Assembly (NCBI RefSeq): GCF_009914755.1 | Contig: NC_060938.1 | From: the human T2T-CHM13v2.0 reference genome, Homo sapiens | DNA length: 64,000 nt | Direction: 5' to 3' (one strand) | Shown: positions 13,601 through 25,290 of the stretch, one piece after another | Numbering within the stretch: the first letter of the stretch is position 1 | Layout: the number at the start of each line of letters is the position of its first letter | Position numbers and translations under genes: made by a program | The notes under the pieces: generated by a model | What the model saw: the letters and a program-made list of their open reading frames with translations, nothing else | Databases searched by the model: none | Told to the model about the DNA's origin: nothing

Positions 13601-15084
13601 CCCCAAAGAATAAGAGTGGGCCTGGGTGTCACTGTAGTGGCTGGTGGCTTGTGACAAGTAGTGTGGCTTCCGTGGTGATGAGAAGTGACAGTTCCCCCTG
13701 AATCTGCACTGGAGAGAAGGTCCTGGAAGCTTTCAGGCCCACCCTCCAGGGTCTGGGTCTGCATCTCTGAGAGTGGCTGGGTGAGCAGAAGAATCCTGAC
13801 TGCCTGGCAGTCGGGTTTGGAGATGGGGAGGGCTGGGCCTGGTTAGCAATGAGCCTATTGCAGTGAACCAGAGCTCAAGATAAAGCGAGAGGCCTAGCCC
13901 AGACACCTCCTTCCCTGGTCCCAGCCCCTGTGCCTTGGCCTTTGCAGTGGAAGCCAGGATCCCTCCTCCAGGAAGCCTTCCCTGCACTTCCTGCTCACAC
14001 ACAGCCTCTCCCAGATTTCTCCCCACCCAGGCTGAGTAGGATTCCCAAGAAGGCTCCTCCCTGAGCCAACTGCCTGCAGTCAACATTATCACCTCCCCCA
14101 GTGAACGGCAGTAGTGTTTTTCATCTTCAGCAGTGGCCTCTGGAGGGGTCCTAGCAGGTTGGAGAGAGAGGTCTGAGTTAGCCCCACGTGAAAGGCAGCC
14201 CATGCCTCTCCTCCCAGCAACCCCTAGCAGCAACTTCCACCTGGCTGACCCCACCCAGCTCACAGAGCTGCCCAGCTGGGTGTCCTTGTGGTTGATTGGG
14301 GGTAAGGGTTTGTTACCTCCCGGTCCCCTTCAGGCTGAGACAAGAGCCCTGTGGGCCTGGATCTTGCAGATAGGACCCCCACCCACATGCTCTCCAGGTG
14401 GATGCCCACCCTGGGCTGTTCTCAGGCCCCTCTCCCCACACTGGGCCCACACCCCAGAGGGAACTCCATGTACCCCTGCCGATCTGCCCATCTGAGCCTC
14501 GGGGTCCTGGGCACTGAGAGCTGGGCTGGGCTGAGCTCAGGTACACACTGTCATTGGGGACGGAGAGGGGATGCTGAAGTGGGTGCTTCTGCGTGGGGCC
14601 TGCCTGGAGGATCGCCACAGCAGGTGCACCCAGCAGCCAGACCAGCTTCTAGCAGAATAAGCGCACTGTCACAGGGGTATGTGAGCTGAGGCTGGGGGCC
14701 TGGAGGTGCAGGGGGAGGAGTTGGGGAGATGCAGAGGCCCCAAAGATGTCCCAAGGCCCTAAGACTCTGGTGAGGGAATGGAGGAGCCAGCACTGGTGGG
14801 GAAGTGGGGAGGGGGAGCTGGATGGCCTGGCTCTGAGCTGGACACACGGTCTGCGCCCACACTTGAGCTGTGCTGTGGAGGCCCAGTCCCCACCTGGGCA
14901 TGTCCTGTCCTCTGAGGCACAGGGATTCCTCACCCTCAGTTCTGACCCCTCATCTCCAACTGTTGGGATGACGAGTCCATAGGCAGAGCTAGCCTCACAG
15001 GGGACCCAAAGGCCAGTTCAGATGGACAGCAACTGGAGGTCCCACCGGGCACACACACACACTGTGCAGAAAGCTAACGCACTG

Positions 15085-15090
15085 TTTATT
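15085..15090 (-). terminator. Polyadenylation signal AATAAA of the TEKT4 pseudogene/MAFIP ORF
   Basis: tttatt on the + strand, about 30 nt after the TGA. Confidence 0.8.
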
Positions 15091-15122
15091 TGGGGGACTG
15101 GGGGGAAGCACCGTGCCGCTGC

Positions 15123-15497
15123 TCACTGGTAGCCAGCCAGCTGCAGGATGGTGGGGTAGCAAGTACGATGGGCCATGCACTTCTGGCGGTCGATGAAGAG
15201 ACTGTTGGTCATGGCAGTGATGTCCTTCTCCAGGCTCATGTGGATGTCCTCGAGGTTGCACAGGGACTGCTCTGCTTGTAGAAGCTTCTCCTGCAGCGCT
15301 GTGATGGACTTGTACAGCTCCTCCACCTCACTCACCAGCTTGGGGGTGTTGGGGGGTGTGAGCTGGGGCTGGGGAGGGAAGAAGTATGCACCTACTGGGG
15401 TGGAGGGGACCCAAAACTCCCAATGGGAGCTGGCAGGAGGTCCTGGGAAGACGCCATGAAAGGATCCCACCAGGAAAGCGGCTCTAGGGCAGAGCAT
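15123..15497 (-). CDS. MAFIP: MAFIP-like 124-aa ORF (retained TEKT4 intron-5 sequence plus tektin C-terminal coiled coil)
   Basis: True ATG at 15497-15495 and open frame MLCPRAAFLVGSFHG...PKLVSEVEELYKSITAL...LAGYQ*, matching my recollection of the 124-aa MafF-interacting protein with a few substitutions. Translation of this copy is unproven. Confidence 0.6.
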   Translation of the reverse strand: MLCPRAAFLVGSFHGVFPGPPASSHWEFWVPSTPVGAYFFPPQPQLTPPNTPKLVSEVEELYKSITALQEKLLQAEQSLCNLEDIHMSLEKDITAMTNSLFIDRQKCMAHRTCYPTILQLAGYQ

Positions 15498-18400
15498 AAA
15501 TTACGAGGGTCCTCCCAGGGAGCGCGGGCCTGAGTGGGAATGAGTGACCCGCGTGCAATCTCGACCCTGACAGGACAGGACTGGCCTCAGCCGACCAGGC
15601 TCAGTTCTTTTCATTCCTGATATTTGACGGAAGGAGGCACCCAGTTCCTTGAAGGAACTGAGGGGCAGGGAAGGAAGAAAGGTACTTAGGCTCAGAAGGG
15701 GCCACCAGGCATCCGTTAACAAGGGAAACAAAAGGACGGCCCATCTATGCCTGTAGCCCAGGCGTAGGTCATACTTTCCACCAGAGGTGGGGACAACACC
15801 CTCAGGGCAGCAGGGAATGGCCCTCTCTGGCCTCTCTGGCCCCGTGGCCTCCAGGAGCTCACCTTGTCTGAAGGAGCTTCCTCCCGGGAAGATGAGGTAG
15901 CACAGGGTGGGGTGAGACCACGTGGGCACAGGTCCCTGGCACTGGGAGGCCCCCGACCCATGACCTGCCCAGTGTCATGTCTATATCTGTGTGTTTAAGG
16001 CGTGCTTGCGTGTTGTGTGTGGCCGCAAAGTCTCCCTCCCCTCTCAGCACCTGTGGGGGATGTGTGTGTGGAGATTGGAGTGTTTATTGGAGAGGGTCAC
16101 AGCGAGGAGGTGGATGGGGGCACCTGGGACTGCCTCAGAGGCCCAGGCAGTACCTGAACTGGGCTGCTTCGCGGCACAGCTGCATGTTGGGCCGGTGTGA
16201 GGGCAGGTACAGCCGGGTCTGGGCTATGTGCAGAGGTTCCTCCTTGTCCTTGATGGCCTCCTTCAGTGCCACCACGTTGTGTTCCTGATCTGTGATTTCC
16301 CGCAGCATCTGCAGACAGGACAGTGCCCCTTGGGCCAGTGCCCCCATGCCCGGGCATATGGAATGTGGAGACCAGTCTGGTCCTACCCAGCTCCTGGGGC
16401 TGTGTCCAGAGGGTGGTCCTGACCAGTGGCTCTGGGGAGGCGTGGATGAGGGGAACAATGTGCACAGGGCCCCCAGCGGGCTCTGGAGAGTCAGGCAGCC
16501 TGTTGTCTCTTAGCTCTGTCCAAGAACCCCCATCCTTGGTGATCACCAGGACCCAAATCCTGCTCAAGGACTGGGGACTCAGAGGTGGTAAAGGCCATGC
16601 TGAGGCCCTAGAGTCAGAGCCCTGCCTGCCAGGCCAGGACTCTTGGGGACCTCCCAGGCAGTCAATGCTCCCCAGACCAGCTCCTGCCTCCATCCTCCCC
16701 ACAGCTCCTCCTGCTCAGTCATGGGGGTTGCAACACACTGCGATCATACCCAGTGTCACCTGGTTTTACATAGGTTTATGGAGAGGTGACACTTGCTTCT
16801 GGGGTCCCTCGGGATAAGTGGGACAGAGGAGAAAAGTGTTGAGGGCCCAGGCCAGGTGATGAGAGGGGGCAGAGTGGTGGGCAGGCGCCGGAGCCGTCTT
16901 CGGGGTTCAGGGTGCCCCACCTTGTGCAGGTGGTGCTGCAGCTTGTGCCGCGCGTCCTCCAGTTCCTCACAGCGGCGCCCGAAGGCCAGGTTCACGGCGT
17001 CACACTGGAGTCCCAGGTCCTCGGAGGTGTCGCGAAGGATGCAGTCCACAAGAACCCACAGGTTGGCCGAGTCCAGGCGCTTGCGCTGGGCACGGCACAG
17101 ATTGTCCTGTGTGAACTTGGTCCGGGTCTCTGGGGTGGAGGCGCTGCGGGGCTGGGGACAGCCAGGAGAGGGTCAGGGAGGCTCTGCCAATGGCTGGGGG
17201 CCCTGCCGCGCCCCCATTCCCTGTCTGCACCCCATGCTCCTGGAGGAACTGCATGGACTCCAATGCACCCCGTGCAGACCCACGAAGCCCAGTCCCCCAA
17301 GCTCCCTGCCTCCGAGTGCCCCCCGCCCACAACTCCCCTGAGTCCACCCACACCCTACCCACCCCGGGCACTTAGTCCCCTCCTGCCCCCGCGACCCCGT
17401 TCCCAGCACCGCTGCCCCCGAGGCCCCCTCTGCAGCACCTCTGTCCCCCGCAGCCCCCCTTCCCTAGTACCCAGCGCCCGCGTCCGGTTCTCGCACCCAG
17501 GAGTTTGCCATGCTCAAGTGGGCGGTGGTCGTGCTCCCTCTGCTGGCCTTCGGTGGAAATGCAATCCTGCCGGCGCCTGGGGCTGACCGCATCCCACCCT
17601 GTCCTGTCTACGGGCAACCAGGCTGTGCACGCGCTGGGCACTTGAGGAGGTCTTGCACGCTTTCTCATGCCAGGGGCAGACAGTTGCCCAAGTGCCCTCG
17701 GGGGCGAGGGCCTCTGGGCCAGGCTGGGGGAAGCAGCGCCGCTGGGGCCCCCAGGCAGAGGGAGGCGAGACCACAGCCAGGGCAAGCACGGGGGCAGAGC
17801 TGGGGCCCCCCTCTCTTGGAAGGTGGTGGAGTGCCGGATGAGCCTGCACCTCGGTGCTCTGGCTGTGGTGGCGCCCGCAAGTCTCGTCGAGGTTGTAGGC
17901 CTCCACCTTGTCCAACCAGTCCATCTCGCAGATCTCCGTGTGCTCTCGGTTCAGTCTGGGGCGAGGTGGGGCAGGGCCTTGGTGTGTGGCCAGGGAGGGC
18001 CCCACTGGGGACCCTCCATGCTGCAGGCTAGGCCTTCATGCCCGCTTCAGGAGGGAGTTCTGGGCCGGCTGTCCTTGTGCTCAGCAGTGACGAAGAGCTG
18101 CCGCCCATGCTGGGAGGCTGCAGATCAGTTGTGGCCCTGGGCTTTGGCCACTCAAACTCAGGCTGGGCCAGAACCTCCCCCACCCAGCCCTGTGCTCCCA
18201 CTGTGACCTGGGACAGCCCCTGCTGGCTCTGAGCTTCAGGGTTCTGTCGTTCAATGCCTTGCCCCAGGACCAGCCGTGGGTGGGGTCAGGAGTCATCCCT
18301 TGGGCAGCCCTCGACCCACTGGATCTGGCTCACTGCTTGCACGATGGCTCTCTTCAGCAGCTCCTGAATGTTCCGGATGGGCTCAGCTTCCTGAGGGAGG

Positions 18401-20454
18401 AGACGCCCTGAGCACCAGATCCGGTCCTTGGTGAGGATCCCAGGAGGCCCAGCTGCTGAAGGCCTTTGTCAACACCTTAGCAACCAGAAATAGTTGAATG
18501 CCGGGCCTGAGCTCTGATTGTGCAAGTTCTGCTCTCTCACTGGGTTTATCCTGGGCTTTTGGGCATTCTCCTTGGTGCATTGTAAGTGGGTTGTTTTCCT
18601 CCAGGGCCTTCTATGGGCTGCTGGGAAGGTCCCTCAGCGGCAGTTCCCACGCCCCAGGCCTCAAGAGTCATCACTGCTGCTCACTCAGTGCACCCAGGAA
18701 CGTTGGCCTGCCCCTGGCCTCTGGACAGCCCCCGAGGACCCAAACTCTGGGGGCCCAGATGCCCGCCCAGGCTGCCCCTCAGGGCTCTGTGTTGGGAAAG
18801 ACCATCCTCACACCAAGAACAGGAGGAATACCCTGTGTTTCTTCTTACTGCCTGGCCAGTTTAATTTTCTGTGTGTAGGAACAAGCCTTTTTTCCCTGTG
18901 ATTAGGGTCTTTGCCGGGACCACCAGCTACCTCCTTGTGTGCCAGGGCCCGAGTCCTGCACCCCTCTGTCCCTGGGTTTGCCTCTTCCTGCACTGTCAGT
19001 GTCTCCATCACTTCACAGGCACCCTTGTTGCAGGCAGAGGGTTTGCGGGAGCTGCAGCAGTTCTTGAGGCACTGAGAGGGTGCAGGGGGATAGGCCTGCA
19101 GAAGGGGAAGGGAGGGAGGAGGGAAGGCATGAAGGGGGGGAGGGATTCAAGGGTTCTTGCCTGAATTTGGGGGTATGGCAGGAGACCAGCTGCCTCCACC
19201 CCACATCTTTCACAAATGTCTACAGGCCTGTAGTGGTTCTCATGGAGGCCCCAGGCTCTGAGAGCTCAGGGAATTCTCCAGAGCCAGCATCAGTGCCAGG
19301 ACTGAGTTACTCTCTCACCCTATGGGGTTGCCCCATAGACAAGCTGGGCTGGATTGGGAAGTTACAGGTGACAAGGAGAAGGGGACCTGTGGGTGCAGAT
19401 CTTCGTGTCCCCGGCTCTGTATAGGATGAATGGGAGCAGTGGCTCCCAGCCTATCCCACCCTACCTGTCCACACCCGCAGTGCTGGCCCAGACCTGGGTT
19501 TCCACCTCGGGAGCAACTGTCCCAATCAGGGAGGGTCTCTGGGGAGCCCAGGGTCAGGATGACTGTGCCAGGACTCAAAGGTATTGGAGGAGAGGAGAAA
19601 CAGCTGCTTGGAAGTCAGGGGCCTTCTGGGGCAAAACTGCCTCCTGTCACTAAGGGGCCAGATTTCAGGACTCAGGTGTCTCACGCACAGAGGGCTGGTC
19701 TCCCGTGTGCTTGCAGCAGCCACGTGGCTTGTCCACATGAACTGCCGGGGGCTCCTCCTCTCTGTGCCCACAAGTCCTGGCCACCCAAGGCTGCTGGCAC
19801 CTTCAGCAGCTCCGTCTCCACATAGTCACGCACAAGGTTGGCGTGCTGGTGGCGCTGGCTGCACTGCATGTTGTCAGTGGCGATGGAGAAGGGCACCTCC
19901 ATGGCATCCAGGGCACGCTCCAGCCGTTGCTTCTGGGCCAGCAGCAGGTCGGTCTCTGCAGCCAGCACCTCCACCTCGTGCTGCAGCTCTGACTTCCAGC
20001 TGTGCGTGTCTTGCAGTCGCTCGCCCACCCTGCACGTGGAGTCTTGCTGTGTCGGCTGTGCCAGCGCCTGGGTCTCTGCGGCCAGCTGCTGGCTCTCGCG
20101 CCCCTGCAGCTCCCGCTCCGACTGGTTGCAGTCGGCGAAGGCCTGGTGGTAGCGAGCATAGCAGTTCTGGAACCACACCTCCAGCTGGCGGTGGCCAGGC
20201 TGGAGGACGTGTAGACGCCCATGTTGCGGGCCACGTCATACTCTTTGCAGGGCAGCTCGCAGGGTGACACTGTCTGCGGTGCTGGCTCTGGTAGGAGCAC
20301 ATCCGTCTGCACCATGGTGTCTGCCGCCCATCAGGGCCAGGGGAGTGAGGAGTGTGTGTGGTCAGCTTGTTGCGGTCAGCCCAGTGCAGTCATCGGTCGG
20401 CTCCAAAGGCTCAGTCCCAGAGCAGCACGTGGCTCCCAGTCGCTTGGGTGACAC

Positions 20455-20486
20455 AGTAAACCAAGAGCTTCCTGTTGCCAAGAAAC
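20455..20486. promoter_or_regulatory. Retained ciliary-gene promoter motifs: RFX X-box-like GTTGCCAAGAAAC and forkhead-like GTAAAC
   Basis: GTTGCCAAGAAAC at 20474-20486 and cagtaaacc at ~20454-20462, 140-170 bp upstream of the TEKT4 ATG. Confidence 0.55.
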
Positions 20487-22839
20487 GGGATCTCTTCTCC
20501 AGTGGCTAGGGGAGGGGGCATTCAGGGCGGCAGGCAGAATTGCCCTCTTAAAGGGCCAGGCAGACCCAGCCCCACCATCCCTGTCCCCACCTCGGGGCAA
20601 TCAACAGTGGCCAAGGGTTCCTGTCACTTAGAGGATCCCAGGGCCAGCCCGTCTCCAGCCTCTGTGTCCCGCCCTTAGGGTTCAGGGTGTGGGTGGGGAC
20701 CTACTGCCCTGGCCCCTTCATTGATTCATCCATTTGTTCCTGGTTTGCTCTCTGATCCTGTCCTGTGCGGAGCTCCACGCTCAGGGTGAACAAGACAGAG
20801 GAGGCTCTGCCCACCTGCCCCCTCAGGGTAGAGGGCTGTGGCTGTTGTGTGGATGTTGGGTGTGCTGAGTGATAGTGTTACTTGATGCCGTACAGGTGGC
20901 TGCTCTCTCTGCCCTCCTGGCCCCAACAGCAGCCTGGTAGCACAGGGAGGGTCCCAAGCCAGGCCCCCTCAGGGGCAGTCTGAGGCAGTTCCTGCAGGGA
21001 CTCCGCTCCATTTTCTCCTGGACCTAGTGCCTGAGAGCCAGGCCCTGGCCTCTGGCCTCCTCCTCCGAAGTCCCAGCCAGGGTCCCCTCAGGCTGGGCAC
21101 AGCGGGGAGGGAGGGAGTCTGAGTGTGCTTTTCCCTGGGGAGTTGAATTCAGCCTCTGGATAAGTGTCCAGAGTCATATGCCCAAATCTGCCCCACAGGG
21201 CGGAGGCAGGTCTTGTGCTGCGGAGGCTGCCCTGAAAGCCACCCAGGGCCATGCTGCCTGGCAGAGGCTGGATGGGCAGTAAGCGCCCCAGGACACATCA
21301 GCGTCCCCCAAACCTGGGGCCAGGGGAGCCCCAGCCTAGGCGCGATTCCCCACGCAGCCAGCGGAGGGCGGCTTTGGCCTGGCGGTGAGAAGCCTGTGAC
21401 TCCTGGCTCAGCCTCCCCTCCACCTGCCTGGCGCATGCACTCCTGGGGACCCCAGCCCCTCCGGCCTCCTCTTCCCTGAGAATCCCGCACCAGAAAGTCC
21501 TCGCTAGGAAGTCCATGCCCTTCCTACAGCACAGGCCCCTGGGCCCCTGTTCCTTCCACCTTCACCTCCTCTCCCACCACAGCCCGCACCCTCACCCCAG
21601 CCACAGGAGCCGGGGCTCCTCCTGGGCCATTCCCACCATGCTGCCCAGGTCTCTCCAGCACAACCATGTGCCGGCCAGTGCCCTCCTCTTGGACCTGACC
21701 TCCCCCGGTCCTGACCTCTCCCGTGGCCAGAACCCTCAGTCCATGCTGCTGTCACCACGGTGCGCCTGGCCTGACACAGCCTCCTGATGGGGCTTTGAGG
21801 ACAGCAGTCGGGAGACTTACCCCAACCCAGGCCGAGCCAGAACCTATTGCAGGTGGCCTGGGAAGCTCTTCTCATTGTCCGTCAAGATTGGAAGGTCAGC
21901 GGACCTTCAGGGACTGGTGTGGTCTGAGAAACATCCTTGAGCCTCGCCATACTCAGTTTCCCCAGATGGCAGCAGGCTGGAGCCCATGCAGGGCAGGATG
22001 CCAGGCTCCACCTTTTGTCTGGAACCTGCATTCACTGGGCACCTCTCTGTAGGCATAGCAGAGCAGAGCTCCCTGTTTCTGTCCCTGATCTGCAGCCCCA
22101 GGAGCCCGAGAGACCACCTAAGCCAAGGAGAAGGCCTCTGGGCCAGAGCCCAGCTCTGCGAAGTGGGAGACCTCTCAGCCTCCACTTCCAGGTGCCCTGA
22201 AGTCGTTGGCAGGGGGTGCTGCCTACTTGGGGCTCCCAGACTAAGGGAACACATTCACCTGGTGACCACAATAGGCCCTGCAGGCTGAGGCACAGGATTT
22301 GACCAAGGACGCATCAGAGTTAGGGGACTGGGCCCTGACTCCTGCCAGCTGCAAACTCCCAAAGCCCCCAGCACTCTCATGGGGTGAAGACACCCTGAAG
22401 GACACTCCAGTGTGCTCCCACCTCTGGGTTCTGCCAGCCAGAGAGTGGGACTCTCAGGCCACATGTGTCTTGCTGGATCTCAGCTTCAGGGACCCAGGGT
22501 GCTGGCAGCTCTCTGAGACCTGGGTCAGGGGGTGTCCTTTAGAGCACCTTGGTCAGGACCCAGAGATAGGGAGGGCAGGGCTAAGAGCACCCCAGGCAGT
22601 TGGCATCTCCAGAAAGCAGGAGGTAGGGCATGGCTCTGTGACAGATGTCCCGTGACAGGGAGGATTGGAGGGACAGAGGGACGTGCTCAGGGGCTGAGGG
22701 GCAGATGAGGCCACCAAAGGGCACCTTGGACACTGGATGGACCCAGGAAGGCCCCTGAACCCCATCCTGATTGATCCAGGGCCAGTGACCTTGGCCCAGA
22801 CTGCAGGCCTGGGGACTCAGGTTCCTTTAGTTTCTTAAG

Positions 22840-23070
22840 AAACTACTATACTCCTTTTTGGCATAGCTGTACGATTTTACATTCCCACCAGTCATGTGTG
22901 AAAGCTCCAGTTTTTACTCATGCTCCCCAGCGTTTGATGTTTTATTTTTATTTTAGCTATTCTGATATATATGTGTTAGTCATTGTGGTCTTAATTTGCA
23001 AATTTCTAATGACTAATGATATTTAACATCTTTTCCTGTTCATAATTAAATACCATCTGTATTCCTTTTC
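22840..23070 (-). mobile_element. L1M fragment at the right edge of the GC-rich TEKT4 duplicon
   Basis: attttacattcccaccag..gtcttaatttgcaaatttctaatgactaatgat motif. Confidence 0.7.
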
Positions 23071-24591
23071 ACATATCATTAGCACAAACGTGAAATATCA
23101 GAACAAAATTTTTCACACAACTTCAAAATTTTTGAGCAATACTCAAGGGAAAAGGTGTTTATTTAGAACAATGAAAACAATGAGACATTAACTTCCAGCT
23201 TAAATAAAGTTGATTGTGTGCATAAAAATGGTGAAAATATTGGACTTTCTTGGCAAAAGAAGAAAGGGGAAGACTTTATATTTTCTGACATAATATTCAT
23301 CATTTGTCTTTGGTTTGTGTATTATGTGTATGATTTTGAAAAAATGCATCAAAGATATAACTTTCTGGTGTTTGCTTTGATATTATCCTTGCAAACAGAA
23401 AAGTTGGCACATGTTTCTGTATAAAACTGGTCAAAGTTGGCCTAGGAATGATCTTACATTGTACTTTCACTTTACATCATACTGTAAGAGTTTAATAATA
23501 GCTAAGGCATCAGCATTGATGTGGACTTACTATACCTATTCAAGAGGTGGTGTGAGGTTTAGGAGAGTTATGTGCCCTTTATCATAAAACAAATCTATGA
23601 AGCATTTATATAAAAACCCAGTATTTCTGGTTTCAAATTCAGTACTGTGCCGTCTGCTTGATAGATTTGTTCGCAGGTTAGAGACATTTTATTGCATAAC
23701 TTCCATGAAATATCACAGTTGTACTCTTGACTATGTTTGAATCACAAAAGACTTTAATCTGCACTCAGTTCTTGTAACTAAAATCTTCAGTTTGAATATG
23801 AATTTCACTTAAAGAACATCCCTAGAAATTTCAGAGAGAAAAAGACTTTACTTGCAGAATACAATCTGCATTTGCTTTGACAACTAGTTAGTTCACATAT
23901 GTAAAATAAGTCTACCTGTCTGTATGCATAATTAAGATGTAACAGTAGTGTGGTAATGACTTGTTAAAGCAATTAGAATGGCAGTGGATCATGGCACAAT
24001 TTACCTTAAAAGCCATGAGCAGAATACATCACAAGCTATGATACAATGAATAGTCATTAGGTTTAAAGTAGTATCCACATATAAAAACACAAAGCATATT
24101 TTAGCTCTTTAAATGAAAGCTTCATTCAGTCAATATTGGTCTTCCTGTAGATGCATTTATGAAACAAAACCACAAAACATACAGCTTACCCGCTTCTCAA
24201 AACTCATTGCACAATAGGTTGAGGGACTTCTCTACACCAGGACCTATTATTAAAACCAGTAAGTCCTCAGTGAAAATCATTTATTTGCCCGGAGTGTCAT
24301 CTGATGTGTCTGTTGTAGGCAGCTGTGGCAGTGGTGGGTGGTTTAGTGACACGGACCCTGCCCACATCTGTCCATCCATCAGTGGGCTAGTGTCTCTCTG
24401 GCTGCACCTGAGAAGGGTCTATAGGAGTTAACAGCATTAGCATGGGATTCAAAAGAAATCATCTTGGATTCAAACTTCCATTTCAGTATTCATTTCCAGC
24501 TAAGTTTGTGTAGCATGCTTAATGTTTCTGAAGCTCAATTTTAGTAATGGTAAAGTATATCTGCCTAAAAGACAGGGACACATCCCAGTTT

Positions 24592-24917
<326 letters not shown>

Positions 24918-25114
24918 TTATCCTCAAAAAAGAATTTATCAAAATTGTATATGTGTGTGTGTGTGTGTGTGTATGTTTTAAGTAGAGTAACACTATATTA
25001 AAATGCCACTATATATGTTCTAACAAAAAACCTCAATTTAACAAATGTATGTGGGGAGAGGGAGAGAGGGAGAGAGAGAGAAGGAGGGAGGCAGAGAGAG
25101 AGAGAAGAGAGAGA

Positions 25115-25290
25115 TATGTATCTCTGGTGTCTCTTCCTTTTTGGATGATGACCCCAGTACTAACAGATTAGGGCCTTACCCTTTTGCCCCTATTTAACCT
25201 TTAACTTCTTAAAAGCTCCTTCCCCAAATACAGTCACACTGGGAGATAGGGCTTCAGGTTAGGAATTCTGGGGGGACATAATTCTCTCCA
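25115..25290 (-). mobile_element. MLT1 LTR fragment preceded by a (GA)n tract (25056-25114)
   Basis: ccaaatacagtcacactggga..tagggcttca..gaattctggggggacataattc. Confidence 0.7.

Larger units (their letters stand above)
15085..20315 (-). pseudogene. TEKT4: Unprocessed tektin-4 pseudogene (TEKT4P2/MAFIP-family copy), all six coding exons
   Basis: Exons 20315-19801, 18390-18320, 17955-17811, 17143-16921, 16308-16154 and 15339-15123 translate to TEKT4 (CELPCKEYDVARN..WFQNCYARYHQAFAD..EAEPIRNIQELLKR..LNREHTEICEMDW..DCILRDTSEDL..RPNMQLCREAAQFR..TILQLAGYQ*). Lesions: frameshifting deletion near 20185, +1 nt near 17834, exon-3 donor GG, exon-6 acceptor AA. AATAAA at 15090-15085. Confidence 0.95.

Noticed and set aside
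10470-22765. Many overlapping 60-230-aa ORFs in the GC-rich block
   Set aside because: Expected from low stop-codon density at high GC; only the TEKT4-homologous segments and the MAFIP-type ORF match anything I recognise.
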